Below the pieces are notes generated by a model. It had not been told where the DNA came from, did no database searches, and worked only from the letters and a program-made list of their open reading frames with translations. From Octopus bimaculoides (lineage: Eukaryota): 64,000 nucleotides of DNA. The translations under genes were made by a program, and so were the position numbers. The stretch lies in contig NC_068988.1 of the NCBI RefSeq assembly GCF_001194135.2, positions 16,515,715 through 16,579,714 on the forward strand. Reading direction: 5' to 3'. Below, piece by piece: positions 14,435 through 26,570 of the stretch (its first letter is position 1; each line of letters opens with the position of its first letter).

Positions 14435-15010
14435 CTTTTCTAATCTAGGCACAAGCCCTGAAATTTTGGAGGGAGGAGGTCGGTCGATTAGATCGATCTC
14501 AGTACACAGCTGGTGCTTAATTTATTGACTCCGAATGGAAGATAGGCAAAGTCGACCTCGGCGGAATTTGAACTCAAAACGTAAGGACGAACGAAATCCC
14601 GCTAATAACTTTGCCCGGCTCGCCGCCTTACTACTACTACTACTACTACTACTACCACTAATACTAGTTTCAAATTTTAGCAGTAGGCCAGTAATTTCGG
14701 GTGGGGTGGGGAGAATTTGATAATATCAAACCCAGCGCTGAAATGGTACTAATTTTATCGACACCAACATGATGAGAGGCGAACTGGACCACGCCAGAAT
14801 TTGAGATGATCAGTAGATAACGAGCCAGAAGGAATACCGTTAAGCTTTTTGCCCGGTTTTCTAACAATTCTGCCAGTTCGCCGCATTGTCATTATAATAA
14901 TAATTATAACAACAATAACAATCATAATTGTTTCTAATATCGGCACAACACTCTACAGACTTTGCTACTCCATCACTATACTATTTCTGAATTTGGCACT
15001 TGGCCACGTA
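14110..15010 (-). mobile_element. Cluster of 3-4 same-orientation family A SINEs separated by (AAT)n/(GAT)n/(TAC)n
   Basis: Reversed copies at about 14110-14245, 14432-14625 (gcaaagtcgacctcggcggaatttgaactc), 14657-14885 and a tail at 14930-15010. Confidence 0.75.
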
Positions 15011-15281
15011 ATTTCGGGAATTTTACATTCGATTAAATTGTTTTCAAAACTTGACTTTTATTTATATTACCAAACCAGAAATGTTTGCTATTTTAAATCC
15101 GTTCATTCGTCCGATATATAATATTGATATAAATCTATCGTGGTGCTCAACTGGTATTTAGCCATAATTGAGCCAAGAACTATGAGAAGTGTTTGGTAGG
15201 ATATGAACTCAGACCACAAACAACAAAATATTCTAAGTGTTATCATCCAATTTTGTATCATGTCAGCCAGCCACCGATGGG

Positions 15282-15326
<45 letters not shown>

Positions 15327-16189
15327 CATATACGTGTGTGCCTGTGTGCCTGTGTTTGTTGCATCTATGCAGGTATGTATCTATGTATATGGTGTGTGTA
15401 TGTGTGTGCGTGTAAAAAATACTCCCCCTTCAGTACCTCTTTATAAGTCTGTTAAGTCGAAACTCGCATTGTCTCTAATAACAATCAATTTGATGAATGA
15501 TGGACTGACTATCCTTTTAGCTCAATCGTGAAGATATGAAACGTAAAAAGAAAAAAGAAATCAGGAGAAACACATTTGTTAAGATAATTCTAAATATGCA
15601 ACGCTCGATATATTTACGGAAAGTTCATGTTTTTCATTTTAAAGTCTAGTCAGTATCGAATCTGGCCCGGGTCTAAAACAACAATTTGAAGACGATGGAT
15701 CCGTTGCAAACAAGAATAATAAAAAAGTGGCTATAACAAGAACAAAATCCAATCTTTGATTCCGCTTTCGCTACTACTCTCACGTGCAACTGTGTTGCTG
15801 AAATTCTTATAACGATGACAAGGATTTAGCTAAAACACTAAAACCTCACACAAAATAACTTGTGACATTTGTTTCGGTACCATCGAATTTAAAATCAAAT
15901 AACGCCGAGTTCAACATCTACACACTTTCGAGATATTAAGATACCGTTTAAAACTGGAATGATATTAACGATTAAACCCTGACCCCATATCAAATCTATG
16001 CGTCTGTATTAGATACAAATACTAAATGAGGCATGTATTACTAACCTTGCCTTTATCCATCTTATCATATTTGCCCTTTCCTGCACAACTGAAATAAATT
16101 CTCGTCTTCAGTTTTATGTTTTCTCTTATCACTATGAAATATTGTACTAAACGTCAGAGTTAAGAGAATGTTTCGTAAGATACATTTTA

Positions 16190-16370
16190 ACGTTCAGTGT
16201 ATTGCGCTTAGGTTCCAAGTTAAATTTCCCCAGCGGCCACTTTACCTTTATTGTTCGAATATCGATAAAATAAGGACATTGATATATCTTGGGAAGAATA
16301 GATAGAACTACACCTCATTCCCTATTAAAATATATGGCCTTGTGCCAATATAAGAATTTCTTATTACTAT
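16190..16370 (+). mobile_element. Degenerate family A SINE
   Basis: tcgataaaataag and the tail ggccttgtgccaatataagaa. Confidence 0.5.
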
Positions 16371-17097
16371 TGCCCATAAAATAAATCAATATTAATTCTA
16401 TTATTTTCAGACTGTGTGTTTTCCTCATACAAGTGGTTTGTAGTAAATATATACGTATTCGTTATTGTGTATATATTCCATTACCAAGTGTATATACGTT
16501 GCGTTTGTTTATTCTACTACGTTAAAGTGTTTAGATTTCAAATATTCATTTAATATGTTTAATAATTCATTTAATACATTTTAAGATTCACTTTATACTT
16601 TCTATATAATCACATTAAATTCATTTCTATTTGATTACGCGTTTATTTTGTTCGTCAGAATGTATACGAAAATGTAATTCTATATTCTTCCACTTTCGCA
16701 GACTTTTCTCTCAGCTATTGCGGCATTGATTTAAACCTGGATGTTCTACTCTTTTTTAGTTTTTATGCCAAAAAGGCACAAACAAACAGTTATTTATACA
16801 TATAGACAATCTCCTTCAAATTCTCTAATATTTCCTTAGAGTATTTGGATTTATAGAAAGTGAATATTTGTACATGGATACTTTACACACGCAGTGTCAA
16901 ACATGAAAATGGTGAACATTAAGGTACTCAATTCGAAAATGATATGTCATGTGGTATGCCTATCACACGTTTACTTTCTGAGTTCGAATCTCACCGAGAT
17001 CAACTTTGCATTTCCGTAATCAATAAAATTATGTTGCAGAAGATTAAGTTGGCGAAACTCTCGCGCCAAAATTACGGTGTCTGTGTTAGAAATTCTT

Positions 17098-17230
17098 GTG
17101 GCTGTCTAACAAGAAGCTTGCTTCCCAACCACATGTTTTGGGGTTCAGTTCTACTGCGTAGTAACTTGGGCAAGTGTTTTCTGCTATAGCCTTGGGCCGA
17201 CAAATGCTTTGTGAATGGATTTGGTAGAGC
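17098..17230 (+). mobile_element. tRNA-derived SINE family B, 5' part
   Basis: aagaagcttgcttcccaaccacatg...cttgggcaagtgttttctgctatagcc; homologous to the copies at 20693 and 42640. Confidence 0.7.
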
Positions 17231-17639
17231 ATAAAATATATAAAATAAATTAGACTAAAATTCATATATAGCTATTAAAATAATATTTTATTTACACAAA
17301 GACACAAAACAAAGTAGTTATGGTTATCAACCTAACACAACGAACCCGTTATAGGTTCTATCACCCACTGAAACTAGAATTTGTTGCACACAAAATCTAC
17401 TACATGAGATGAAACAAGAAATACTTGGTGACTATGATCTGTTGTTATTTTTACTAAAATATGCTGTTTTATTGACTTTTATAATCCAAACGTGTTTGGC
17501 ATTCCAATATTAACACATGAAGACAATTTTTTCTGCACCATATATTCCTATTCTGCTTATATGGCACTTAATCTCTAAGTTTATGTCGTTCAAAATATGT
17601 CCTATCACCAACCATTTTTCAAAGTAATCTGCTTGAGTT

Positions 17640-17885
17640 GGCACTACTTCCGTCTTTCTGTTTGTGCTTTCCTCTCCGCTTCACTATTAATCCTCTCCTT
17701 TCTCTGGAAAGACAGCTGCCCGCCTCTTCGAACACTAAACGGCAAGTGAACAATTTGCACAATAGAATCGGTGGTGACAAGGATCTGTTCTACAAGAAGC
17801 GGCTGCGTAGACACTCGATAAACAGGAAGTCCGACATAAAATAATTCTGTTTTTAAGTACATGATCTTTTACAGTCCGGATGATT
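17640..17885. promoter_or_regulatory. Candidate promoter/enhancer: CpG-containing non-repeat island with ETS-like motifs
   Basis: ACTTCCG 17646-17652, CAGCTG 17713-17718, GCCCGCCT 17718-17725, CAGGAAGT 17823-17830, CCGGATG 17876-17882, in very AT-rich flanks. Confidence 0.3.
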
Positions 17886-18136
17886 GCGTTAAATTTGTTG
17901 TAGAGTACTGATGATTAGCATAACACAACGAATACACCAATGGATTTCTACTGTAATGGAAGTCGTAATATCTAATCAACATCAGTATGAGCCTACATAC
18001 TAATTTTTACTTTTTGAAGTTAACTAGACAATTTGAAGTACATGTGTATACATGTATATTTGCATGTGTGCATATTTATATATTTATGTATAATATGCGC
18101 TTGTATATACGTTTTGTTTATTGTAAGTATTCCCAA

Positions 18137-18171
<35 letters not shown>

Positions 18172-18442
18172 AGAGAGAGAGAAAGGGAAATTATGCGGAT
18201 AAACAATTTAAATATAAGAACTTGAGTTTGATATACTATATATGTAATACATGCAAACAGTAAGAAGGCGAAAACTGAAGATTTACAGACCACGAATATT
18301 TAAGTATAAACATATATATATATTTATATATTAATAAGTTATTGGATTCCTCTCATAGTCACCCTTGGTTCCTCGTAAATACATTGTAATCTACGTTCTA
18401 TTCATTTGAACGCTACAAAGTGTTTTCTATATCGAGAATCTC

Positions 18443-18882
18443 TGGATCTCATCTGTTGACGATGTATATATTGTGAATATTCATTGGCACCACAATCAGA
18501 AAACGTATTGTATTTTCGATACATATTACGAATGAATTCAAAAAACGATTATCTAAAATAATATTCGTTATTTCTTGATTTTTATTTACTTTTTATTTCA
18601 CAACGTTTCGTACTAACTTTTTCGTTGATCAATTCTTGAATGTAGTGTGATAAATGGGCACATGGATCTCATCTGTTGACGATGTATATATTGTGAATAT
18701 TCGTTGGCACCACAATCAGAAAACGTATTGTATTTTCGATACATATTACGAATGAATACAAAAAACGATTTGCTAAAATAACATTCGTTATTTCTTGATT
18801 TTTATTTACTTTTTATTTCAAAACGTTTCGTACTAACTTTTTCGTTGATCAATTCTTGAATGTAGTGTGATAAATGGACACA
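18443..18882 (+). repeat. Tandem duplication, 2 x 220 bp
   Basis: Units start tggatctcatctgttgacg at 18443 and 18663; about 7 substitutions between them. Confidence 0.95.
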
Positions 18883-19608
18883 TGAATATTTAAAAGCAAA
18901 AGAAACGTTTACCAATCAGTTGATAATTAACTAAAGAACATCTAATCAGAAAATAAACGATAAAAACAAATAATTCAGGTACTAAAAACTGAATTGAAAA
19001 GACCACGGTTAGAACAACAGAAGACAAAATAGTAAGAAATAAAGCTGAACGTATCGGTGAAGAATTGGATGATATAAAAAAGAAAACGGTTTGAAACTCA
19101 AGCTTTGATTTACATTCGTTATTTGATAAAAGAAATCATTTCTCTCATCCACTTTCATTGTTGTCTTTGCGAATATAAAATTACCAAAACAATAGCTCTT
19201 GTTATTTGTTTAACAGATCTTCGAAGGAATATGACTTCACTTCCCTCAATAATGCTATATATGGATAGATCTTTAGGAATATATCACTGCAGTTCTGAAA
19301 CTTCTTTTGAGACTTTTCATAATACTGAATATTTTATTACATTTTTATGGCGAGTATAAAATCATTAAGGTTATATTTTAAAAGGATTATGATTGCATTG
19401 AGTTAAATGCAAACTCTAATATCAGAAAATTCAAAGTCTTGTATGTATATATGTATATATATATATATATATATNNNNNNNNNNNNNNNNNNNNNNNNNN
19501 NNNNNNNNNNNNNNNNNNNNNNNNNNNNNNNNNNNNNNNNNNNNNNNNNNNNNNNNNNNNNNNNNNNNNNNNNNNNNNNNNNNNNNNNNNNNNNTATATA
19601 TACATATA

Positions 19609-20181
19609 CAGACATGAGGAAGTAAATAGAAACTTTAATTTTCGAAATCTTTTGTTTGCTATTAATTGGTTGAAGGACAGGTTTTCTAGCTGCTCGTCCA
19701 TAATACTCAAGCTTATGCAAATATGTAACACACGTTCTTAGACTAACTTCTAGCTGTTTTGCAATGTCAAAAGCCTTCAAACGGGGTTCGTTTTCCACAA
19801 TACACTTCAAACAGTGAAGCTTCCTTTCCGAGGGCCCAGGTAGGCCGGGACGAGAATCTATTGATTCTCTTCCTTGACTTTTGAATCGCGCTATAATTCT
19901 ATTAACAGTAGCAAAAGGAATTTGAAGATTTTCGGCAACTTTTTGCTGGCTAAGACCAGCCTCGGATTGCCCAACAATACGACCTCTTTGAAAATCTGAC
20001 AGTCCTGCTGAATTTTTTGTGCATGGCATGGTTACTCTTCGCAAATGTTTAATATAATGGCTGGCACCTGGAATAAAAAAGAATAATTACCTTGTAACTT
20101 CTACAGGGCTGCAAACATATTAAGACGCTTAGATCAGAAATTTTGAAAATTAAAGGTGTCTATTTACTTCCTGCATGTCTG
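19609..20181 (-). mobile_element. Internally deleted Tc1/mariner DNA transposon (573 bp) with both TIRs and TA target sites
   Basis: Left end TA|CAGACATG-AGGAAGTAAATAGAAAC-TTTAATTTTCGAAA; right end reverse-complemented TA|CAGACATGCAGGAAGTAAATAGACACCTTTAATTTTCAAAA. Confidence 0.9.
19650..20029 (-). pseudogene. Tc1 transposase N-terminal DNA-binding region (two HTH modules); DDE domain deleted
   Basis: MPCTKNSAGLSDFQRGRIVGQSEAGLSQQKVAENLQIPFATVNRII...SGRP-like GRESIDSRPG...YYGRAARKPVL is typical of Tc1 N-termini; the frame runs into the left TIR before any catalytic residues. Confidence 0.85.
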
Positions 20182-20692
20182 TATATATATATATATATAT
20201 ATATNNNNNNNNNNNNNNNNNNNNNNNNNNNNNNNNNNNNNNNNNNNNNNNNNNNNNNNNNNNNNNNNNNNNNNNNNNNNNNNNNNNNNNNNNNNNNNNN
20301 NNNNNNNNTATATAGTCTTAATGTAATAAATAGGTTCATAAAATCGTGTGGATATCATAGAAGGTTCCTCTAGGGCACTCGGCTAATAGGCCACGTAATA
20401 CTCCCGACAGAGGAATATAACGGAGAGTCTTTACGACTGAAATCCAGGAGATATGATCAATAAAATTTTCATGAGGAGTATGTAAACCATAAAAAGTTAG
20501 GGGACATGAAAGATGAATATAGATATTTAACCATTTGCAATCCTGTTTCGTGGCTTTCTTCATGAAACTACATTTTCAGTGTATAGTAAATTATGTTTAT
20601 ATGTCTGCACTTATATGCACGCTACACTCTGTACAATACAATTGTATATTCAAAAATCAATGAAATTGATTTGTGATTGATTTGTATTTGTA

Positions 20693-21160
20693 GGCGCAGG
20701 TGGGGCTGAGTGGTAGAAGCTTGCTTCTCAACCACATGGTTTTGGGTTCGCTATCACTACTTGGCATCTTGGGCAAATGTCACGCGCACACACACGCACA
20801 CACACACACACACACACACAATCTGGTTCTAGGTTTAGTCCTTCTGTGTGCAGCCTTGGGCAAGTATCTTCTACAACAGTCTGGGTCTGATCAAAGCCTT
20901 GTAAGTCAATTAGGTAGATGGAAACTGAAAGAAGACCGCCGTATATGTATGTACGTATGTTTGAATGTATGTATGTATGTTTGTATGTGTGTGTGTATTT
21001 GTGTAGGAGTGTGTCCCCCACCGCATCTAGAAAACCGGATGAGCTAGCGGTTGAGCAAACCTGGGCGATGCAATAAGTATCAGACATGAGTCATTCGACT
21101 AAAAATTCGTCAAGGCGGTGCCACAGCATAGCCACAATCTAATGACCAAATCAAGTAAAA
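20693..21160 (+). mobile_element. Family B SINE, near full length, with internal partial duplication around a (CA)n tract
   Basis: ggcgcaggtggggctgagtggtagaagcttgc head; the cttgggcaa block appears twice; ggaaactgaaagaag, (TATG)n and the tail ggcggtgccacagcatagcc. Confidence 0.75.
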
Positions 21161-21170
21161 GACATATGTA

Positions 21171-21210
<40 letters not shown>

Positions 21211-22197
21211 TGTGCAAGCGTATGTGTGCGTCCGTGTGCAAGCGTATGTGCGCGTGCGTGCGTGAATTTATTTTAGTGTTCCACAACCATTGCTGGGAAC
21301 TGATGATTAGATTACCTATCCCATTTTGTAGACTGTGGGTAAAAAGAGACCGAATTGTTAAGTACCAGAATTTTGAAAAATAAGCACTAGGATCGATTTG
21401 TTCGGCTTAAAGTTAGCACCCACAAATGTTAGCACCCACTCTCAAACAAGTATAAAGCTAAAGAATGTCTGCACAAATTATTCTCATTTGTAATTTGAAC
21501 TCTTTTCTATTGGCTTTACTTCTCTTACAAAGTTATTTCAATTGTGATCTTTCTTTTTCTTTTTCGGTATTTTGACGTTGCAATTCCCCACAGAGCAAAC
21601 AATTACTTTGTCATTACGCAAGACTAATATTTTGCTTAAGTCATGAAAATAGATTATATTGTTTAGGAATCGATATTTTGTTTTCATTCTGCTAATTCAA
21701 TGAGATAATAATGATGTAATTTCCCATTTGCGATTCGTTGATTTTGGTAGTTAATATATGATCGAATTNNNNNNNNNNNNNNNNNNNNNNNNNNNNNNNN
21801 NNNNNNNNNNNNNNNNNNNNNNNNNNNNNNNNNNNNNNNNNNNNNNNNNNNNNNNNNNNNNNNNNNNNNNNNNNNNNNNNNNNNNNNNNNNNNNNNNNNN
21901 NNNNNNNNNNNNNNNNNNNNNNNNNNNNNNNNNNNNNNNNNNNNNNNNNNNNNNNNNNNNNNNNNNNNNNNNNNNNNNNNNNNNNNNNNNNNNNNNNNNN
22001 NNNNNNNNNNNNNNNNNNNNNNNNNNNNNNNNNNNNNNNNNNNNNNNNNNNNNNNNNNNNNNNNNNNNNNNNNNNNNNNNNNNNNNNNNNNNNNNNNNNN
22101 NNNNNNNNNNNNNNNNNNNNNNNNNNNNNNNNNNNNNNNNNNNNNNNNNNNNNNNNNNNNNNNNNNNNNNNNNNNNNNNNNNNNNNNNNNNNNNNNN

Positions 22198-22230
<33 letters not shown>

Positions 22231-22417
22231 CTCTACCTCCTCCTCTTCTTCCTCCGCGTCCTCTTCCTCCTCCTCCTCTTCCTCCTCCCCTACTTTCTTG
22301 GTTACATTTTACTTCTAAAATTACTGGTTTCCTTTTTTATTTTCTTTATTTTACTTTTTATTTGTTTTTTACTTTTATACCTTTCATATTGTCTCTCCTC
22401 CCCCTCCTTCCTCTTCT

Positions 22418-22464
<47 letters not shown>

Positions 22465-22560
22465 TTCTTCTTCTTCCTATTCTTCTTCTTCTTTTTCTTC
22501 TTCTTCTTCTTCTTCTTCTTCTTCTTCTTCTTCTTCTTCTTCTTCTTCTTCTTCTTCTTT
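22198..22560. repeat. (CCT)n and (CTT)n polypyrimidine microsatellites
   Basis: Read directly; source of the poly-K/R/L/S ORFs. Confidence 0.95.
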
Positions 22561-23791
22561 GTTTTTCCATTTTTCCTCATCTCTTCTCTTCTAACTTCAT
22601 CTCCTTCCTTCTTCCTCCATTTTCTGTCTACGTTTTCTTTCCTTCCGCTTTATTTTACACTTTTTCTTTTCTTCTTTTTCTTTCTTCAGCATTCGTCAAA
22701 AGTGGTACAAAAGTCCTCTCACCTTCATTACCATATTCACTTTACTTTTATAATACAATCATATCTAATTCACCTCCAAGGTAGTCTTCTGTGTCTTTAT
22801 AAGTTATTAGTACTCAATATACTTGCAGGCAATTGCCCTGGCAATATTTTACTACTGAGTTGTAATCAATCTATTCGACTTCAGTACCTTATGAACACGT
22901 CTAACATAAAGCATATTAAATTAGCTCTCACCATAATGTGACAAGGGAAATTAAATGTCCCTCGTGTCTAAAATCTACGGAACATGTAATCGTGTATCAT
23001 TATGCATATCTGAAATATCTGCACACGTTTGCACTTGTATATCTTGAACCAAGCATGGTTAACTTATCACCGTTGTCAAATATTAACATAGTTAGGTCGG
23101 TTAATAGAATAGTATTGCTTATACTTTACTTTTTTTCTTGGAACCTTGAAACAACTCCCCACTTATGCATACATAGATAAATAATACATACACACACACA
23201 CTAAAACATACACAAACACACGCACGCACATCTATGTATGTCTCTATACATACATATGTGTGTGAGTGCGTATAGAAAATAAATAATATCGTTCCTTCCC
23301 GCTGGGGAATAGATTTGTTAGTTTTCATCAATATAGAGTTAATTGTTCACCAATGTGTAATATTATTTCAAAACAGTGCTTTTAACTACGACCATATTAG
23401 CATTTATATGGATTATATTTGAACTAATTGTCCACAGCCGAATTAATTCTACTAGAATATCGTTTCAAATGACATTAAATGCCTGGAAATAGCACAATTG
23501 TTAATGCTTCCGTATTCCTGTATTGAAGCAAATTGTGTGAGAGGGGCGACTTAGAAACCAGGTCACATTAGCTGAATTACCGCAAATACATTTGTACTAA
23601 TTTTCCATTGGTTACTAAGCTACAGAGAATTGAAAAAAATTGGCTTTTAGCTTTTTCGGATTTTGAACATCGAAAATACCTTTGAATTTTTATTTGAAAA
23701 TGCTTTAAAAATTGCTGAAAGTATTCTTGTCTATTAATTTTACAATATCAATTACATTGTAACACTTTGTGTGATTACTATATATAGTAAT

Positions 23792-23998
23792 CACAAAGGG
23801 GTGCAGAGAAGTTCCTGGTTTTAAGGGTATAAGGAGATACCAGGTTGGAGGTTCAGCCTAGTGATTTCTTATACAGGGCTTATAAAAAATTGAAGAACCG
23901 CTACAAAAAGTGTGTGAATCGCAAAAGGAAATGACGTGTTGAATAAAGTCATGATCAAATGATCCTCCCGCATTTTCTTTTACCCAAAGTGAGGAACA
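23792..23998 (+). mobile_element. Mariner-derived MITE, degenerate
   Basis: TIR-like ggggtgcagagaagttcctggtttt and the partial inverse cccaaagtgaggaac; internal KKLKNRYKKCV..R..VE* resembles the mariner transposase C-terminus (RWxKCVxxxGxYVE). Confidence 0.55.
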
Positions 23999-24046
23999 TA
24001 TACACACACACGCACACATGTATATATATGTGGGTGTGTGTACATA

Positions 24047-24078
<32 letters not shown>

Positions 24079-24206
24079 NNNNNNNNNNNNNNNNNNNNNN
24101 NNNNNNNNNNNNNNNNNNNNNNNNNNNNNNNNNNNNNNNNNNNNNNNNNNNNNNNNNNNNNNNNNNNNNNNNNNNNNNNNNNNNNNNNNNNNNNNNNNNN
24201 NNNNNN

Positions 24207-24249
<43 letters not shown>

Positions 24250-24939
24250 AGAGAGAGAGAGAGAAAGCTAAGTTATTGATTTTAAACGCGATTTAGTTTT
24301 AATTTTACATATCTTCATATATTCTAAATATGCACCAATGGTTGTAAATCAGATCACTAGGACAAGCCATTCCTTTTCCTCATTGAAAGTCATAGCTCTG
24401 GTACAACGGTTATGATATGGGGATAAAATTAATTAAAATTCAAGAAAGTATATCATAAATGTTTAAAGAACGAACATGACACCAAATTACATACCGGTAA
24501 CATTCAGAATAAATCAGAACAGAAATCCTAAGGAGGCAGGCAAAATATTTGCCAAGGTAAAGAGCTACGAATTTTAATGCATTCTCAAAACAACTCAGAA
24601 TATAATAAACGTGTTACACATTTGAAAAACACCATACTGCATGCGTGTGTTGTTAATTGCTTTGCATTTATGTGTATTAATTCGAATTTCTTTCAGATCA
24701 TGTAAAATGTGAAACGGAAATGATACTACTGTGGAAACAGACGGGTGTGTTGCAAATTCTCATGTACAACAATGAAGATACAAAGAGATGATAAATTTAC
24801 GGGAATATATAAAAGATAGCTCAAAAAATGATATGTTATAAATACATAGAAGAAATTTAAGCGCTAGGTGATATAGGAAGGTTAGCTAAGGAATTATCGG
24901 GGTAAGCACTATCATCTGTACATCAAGAGGTTAATACAT

Positions 24940-25350
24940 AAGCATAACGTCGCTATGCTCATCGAAGCAGTTGCTGCATTGCATAAAGAAATAAGATTTC
25001 TGTGATGCACAGATAGCATTTGTTGCTATGACCTTTATATAGTTTAACGAAGTTAACAATGAACCATTTTAAACTGTGTGCAACTGAGTTATTGTTTAGG
25101 TGGTGAATCAGCCTAAATAAAGAGTTACTGTTAGTTGTCACTTTAGATTTAAGGCTAGAATAGTGGTTACTAATTTTGACCGTGAAGGTGGTGCTGCACA
25201 AGCCGATATATGTATATCATTGGAAATAAATTTCCTTGGAGACTGTACATTTCCACACGTCATTTTTCGTGGGGCATTTATCGCCTAAGGGACAGAAAGC
25301 AGGACATCTACAGCTGCATATAAATTCAGGAGGTGCATCTACATCTGCAT
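24940..25350 (-). pseudogene. Penelope-like element Cys linker plus GIY-YIG endonuclease fragment
   Basis: One frame reads ICSCRCPAFCPLGDKCPTKNDVWKCTV...*YTYIGLCSTTFTVKISNH...HSLKWFIV...SNKCYLCITE; YIG at 25202-25210. Confidence 0.85.
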
Positions 25351-26334
25351 GGAATTTCAGGGAGTTTTTGGGTTTATCAACTAACCTATATATATATATA
25401 TATATNNNNNNNNNNNNNNNNNNNNNNNNNNNNNNNNNNNNNNNNNNNNNNNNNNNNNNNNNNNNNNNNNNNNNNNNNNNNNNNNTATATATATGAACTT
25501 TAGGCTTGTTAGAATATGTTTGTGAGATATTTCAACTTAAAAATTCACTTAGCCAATTTTACAGCAGTTACCTTGGAGAAAAAAATTATTTTCTCTTAAA
25601 ATAAAAGTTGGAAAACCACCATATCTGCCCAGTGTCGCCCACTCTCAGATGCCCAGACGCTACGTTTCTAGCTCCCTAGGTATTGCCAATGAGAAATACA
25701 GAAAAATGGTAACTTTTGGCAGATTTAAAACCGTATTTTTAACTGAAACATCATCATATTGAATTAGTTGCGCTACTAGACATCCAGATTGAAAAGAATT
25801 CTTAAGTAACAGCACCAAACAGTATACAGGCATAAATGAATGTTTAGTTAAAATGTGTTTGGGGCATATTTCAACTTCTAAAACAAAATTCACTGCAGTT
25901 GTTAGAGGTAGCGTTATGTTAGTATAATAGTAGTAGCAGTAGTAGTAGCAGTAGCAGCAGCAGCAGCAGTAGTGGCGATAGTTGCTATTGATGTTCTTGG
26001 TATTTTTACATATTTTATGGATATGACCTATAGTTCTTCGTCAGTTCTGATGAAGCTGACAGAAAAGTAAAATTGATACACCCATGACTATCGTATATCC
26101 TCACATTTCATCACAATGTACATACGATTATATTAGCTAGTGCACACATCTCTATTAAAGTATGATAAATTGAAATTTGACTTTCAATTCAGCTGCTATT
26201 TCAAGCAACAAGTAAACAATTAAAACCGATACATATCGACTAGGTAATAAAAATATTAATAACTGCCTCATATTCTGTGAAGATTCTTTATCAATATTTG
26301 TCGACTAAAGGATTTTAACTAAAAAACGTTCATT

Positions 26335-26354
26335 GTACATACATATATACATAT

Positions 26355-26394
<40 letters not shown>

Positions 26395-26516
26395 GTGTGT
26401 ATGTATATGTATATGTATGTATATATATATGTATGTATATGTATGTATATGTATGTATATATATATGTATGTATATATATATATATATGTATGTATATAT
26501 ATATATATATATATAT
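26335..26516. repeat. Compound (TA)n/(TATG)n microsatellite
   Basis: Read directly; lies about 55 bp 3' (minus sense) of the hammerhead motif. Confidence 0.95.
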
Positions 26517-26570
26517 AAGAATGAGATAAAGAGACTAATCGCATAAGTAAATGTATATTTTATGCGGAAT

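Noticed and set aside
16411-16435. AG/GT-bounded micro-exon candidates on + (36-52, 16411-16435, 19217 onward, 24697-24744)
   Set aside because: The peptides are unrecognisable, the donors are mostly weak, and such sites are expected by chance in 64 kb of AT-rich DNA.
26036-26065. CTTCGTCAG-TT-CTGATGAAG, resembling back-to-back hammerhead cores
   Set aside because: There is no stem II, no GAAAC-stem III-UH and no stem I partner on either strand.
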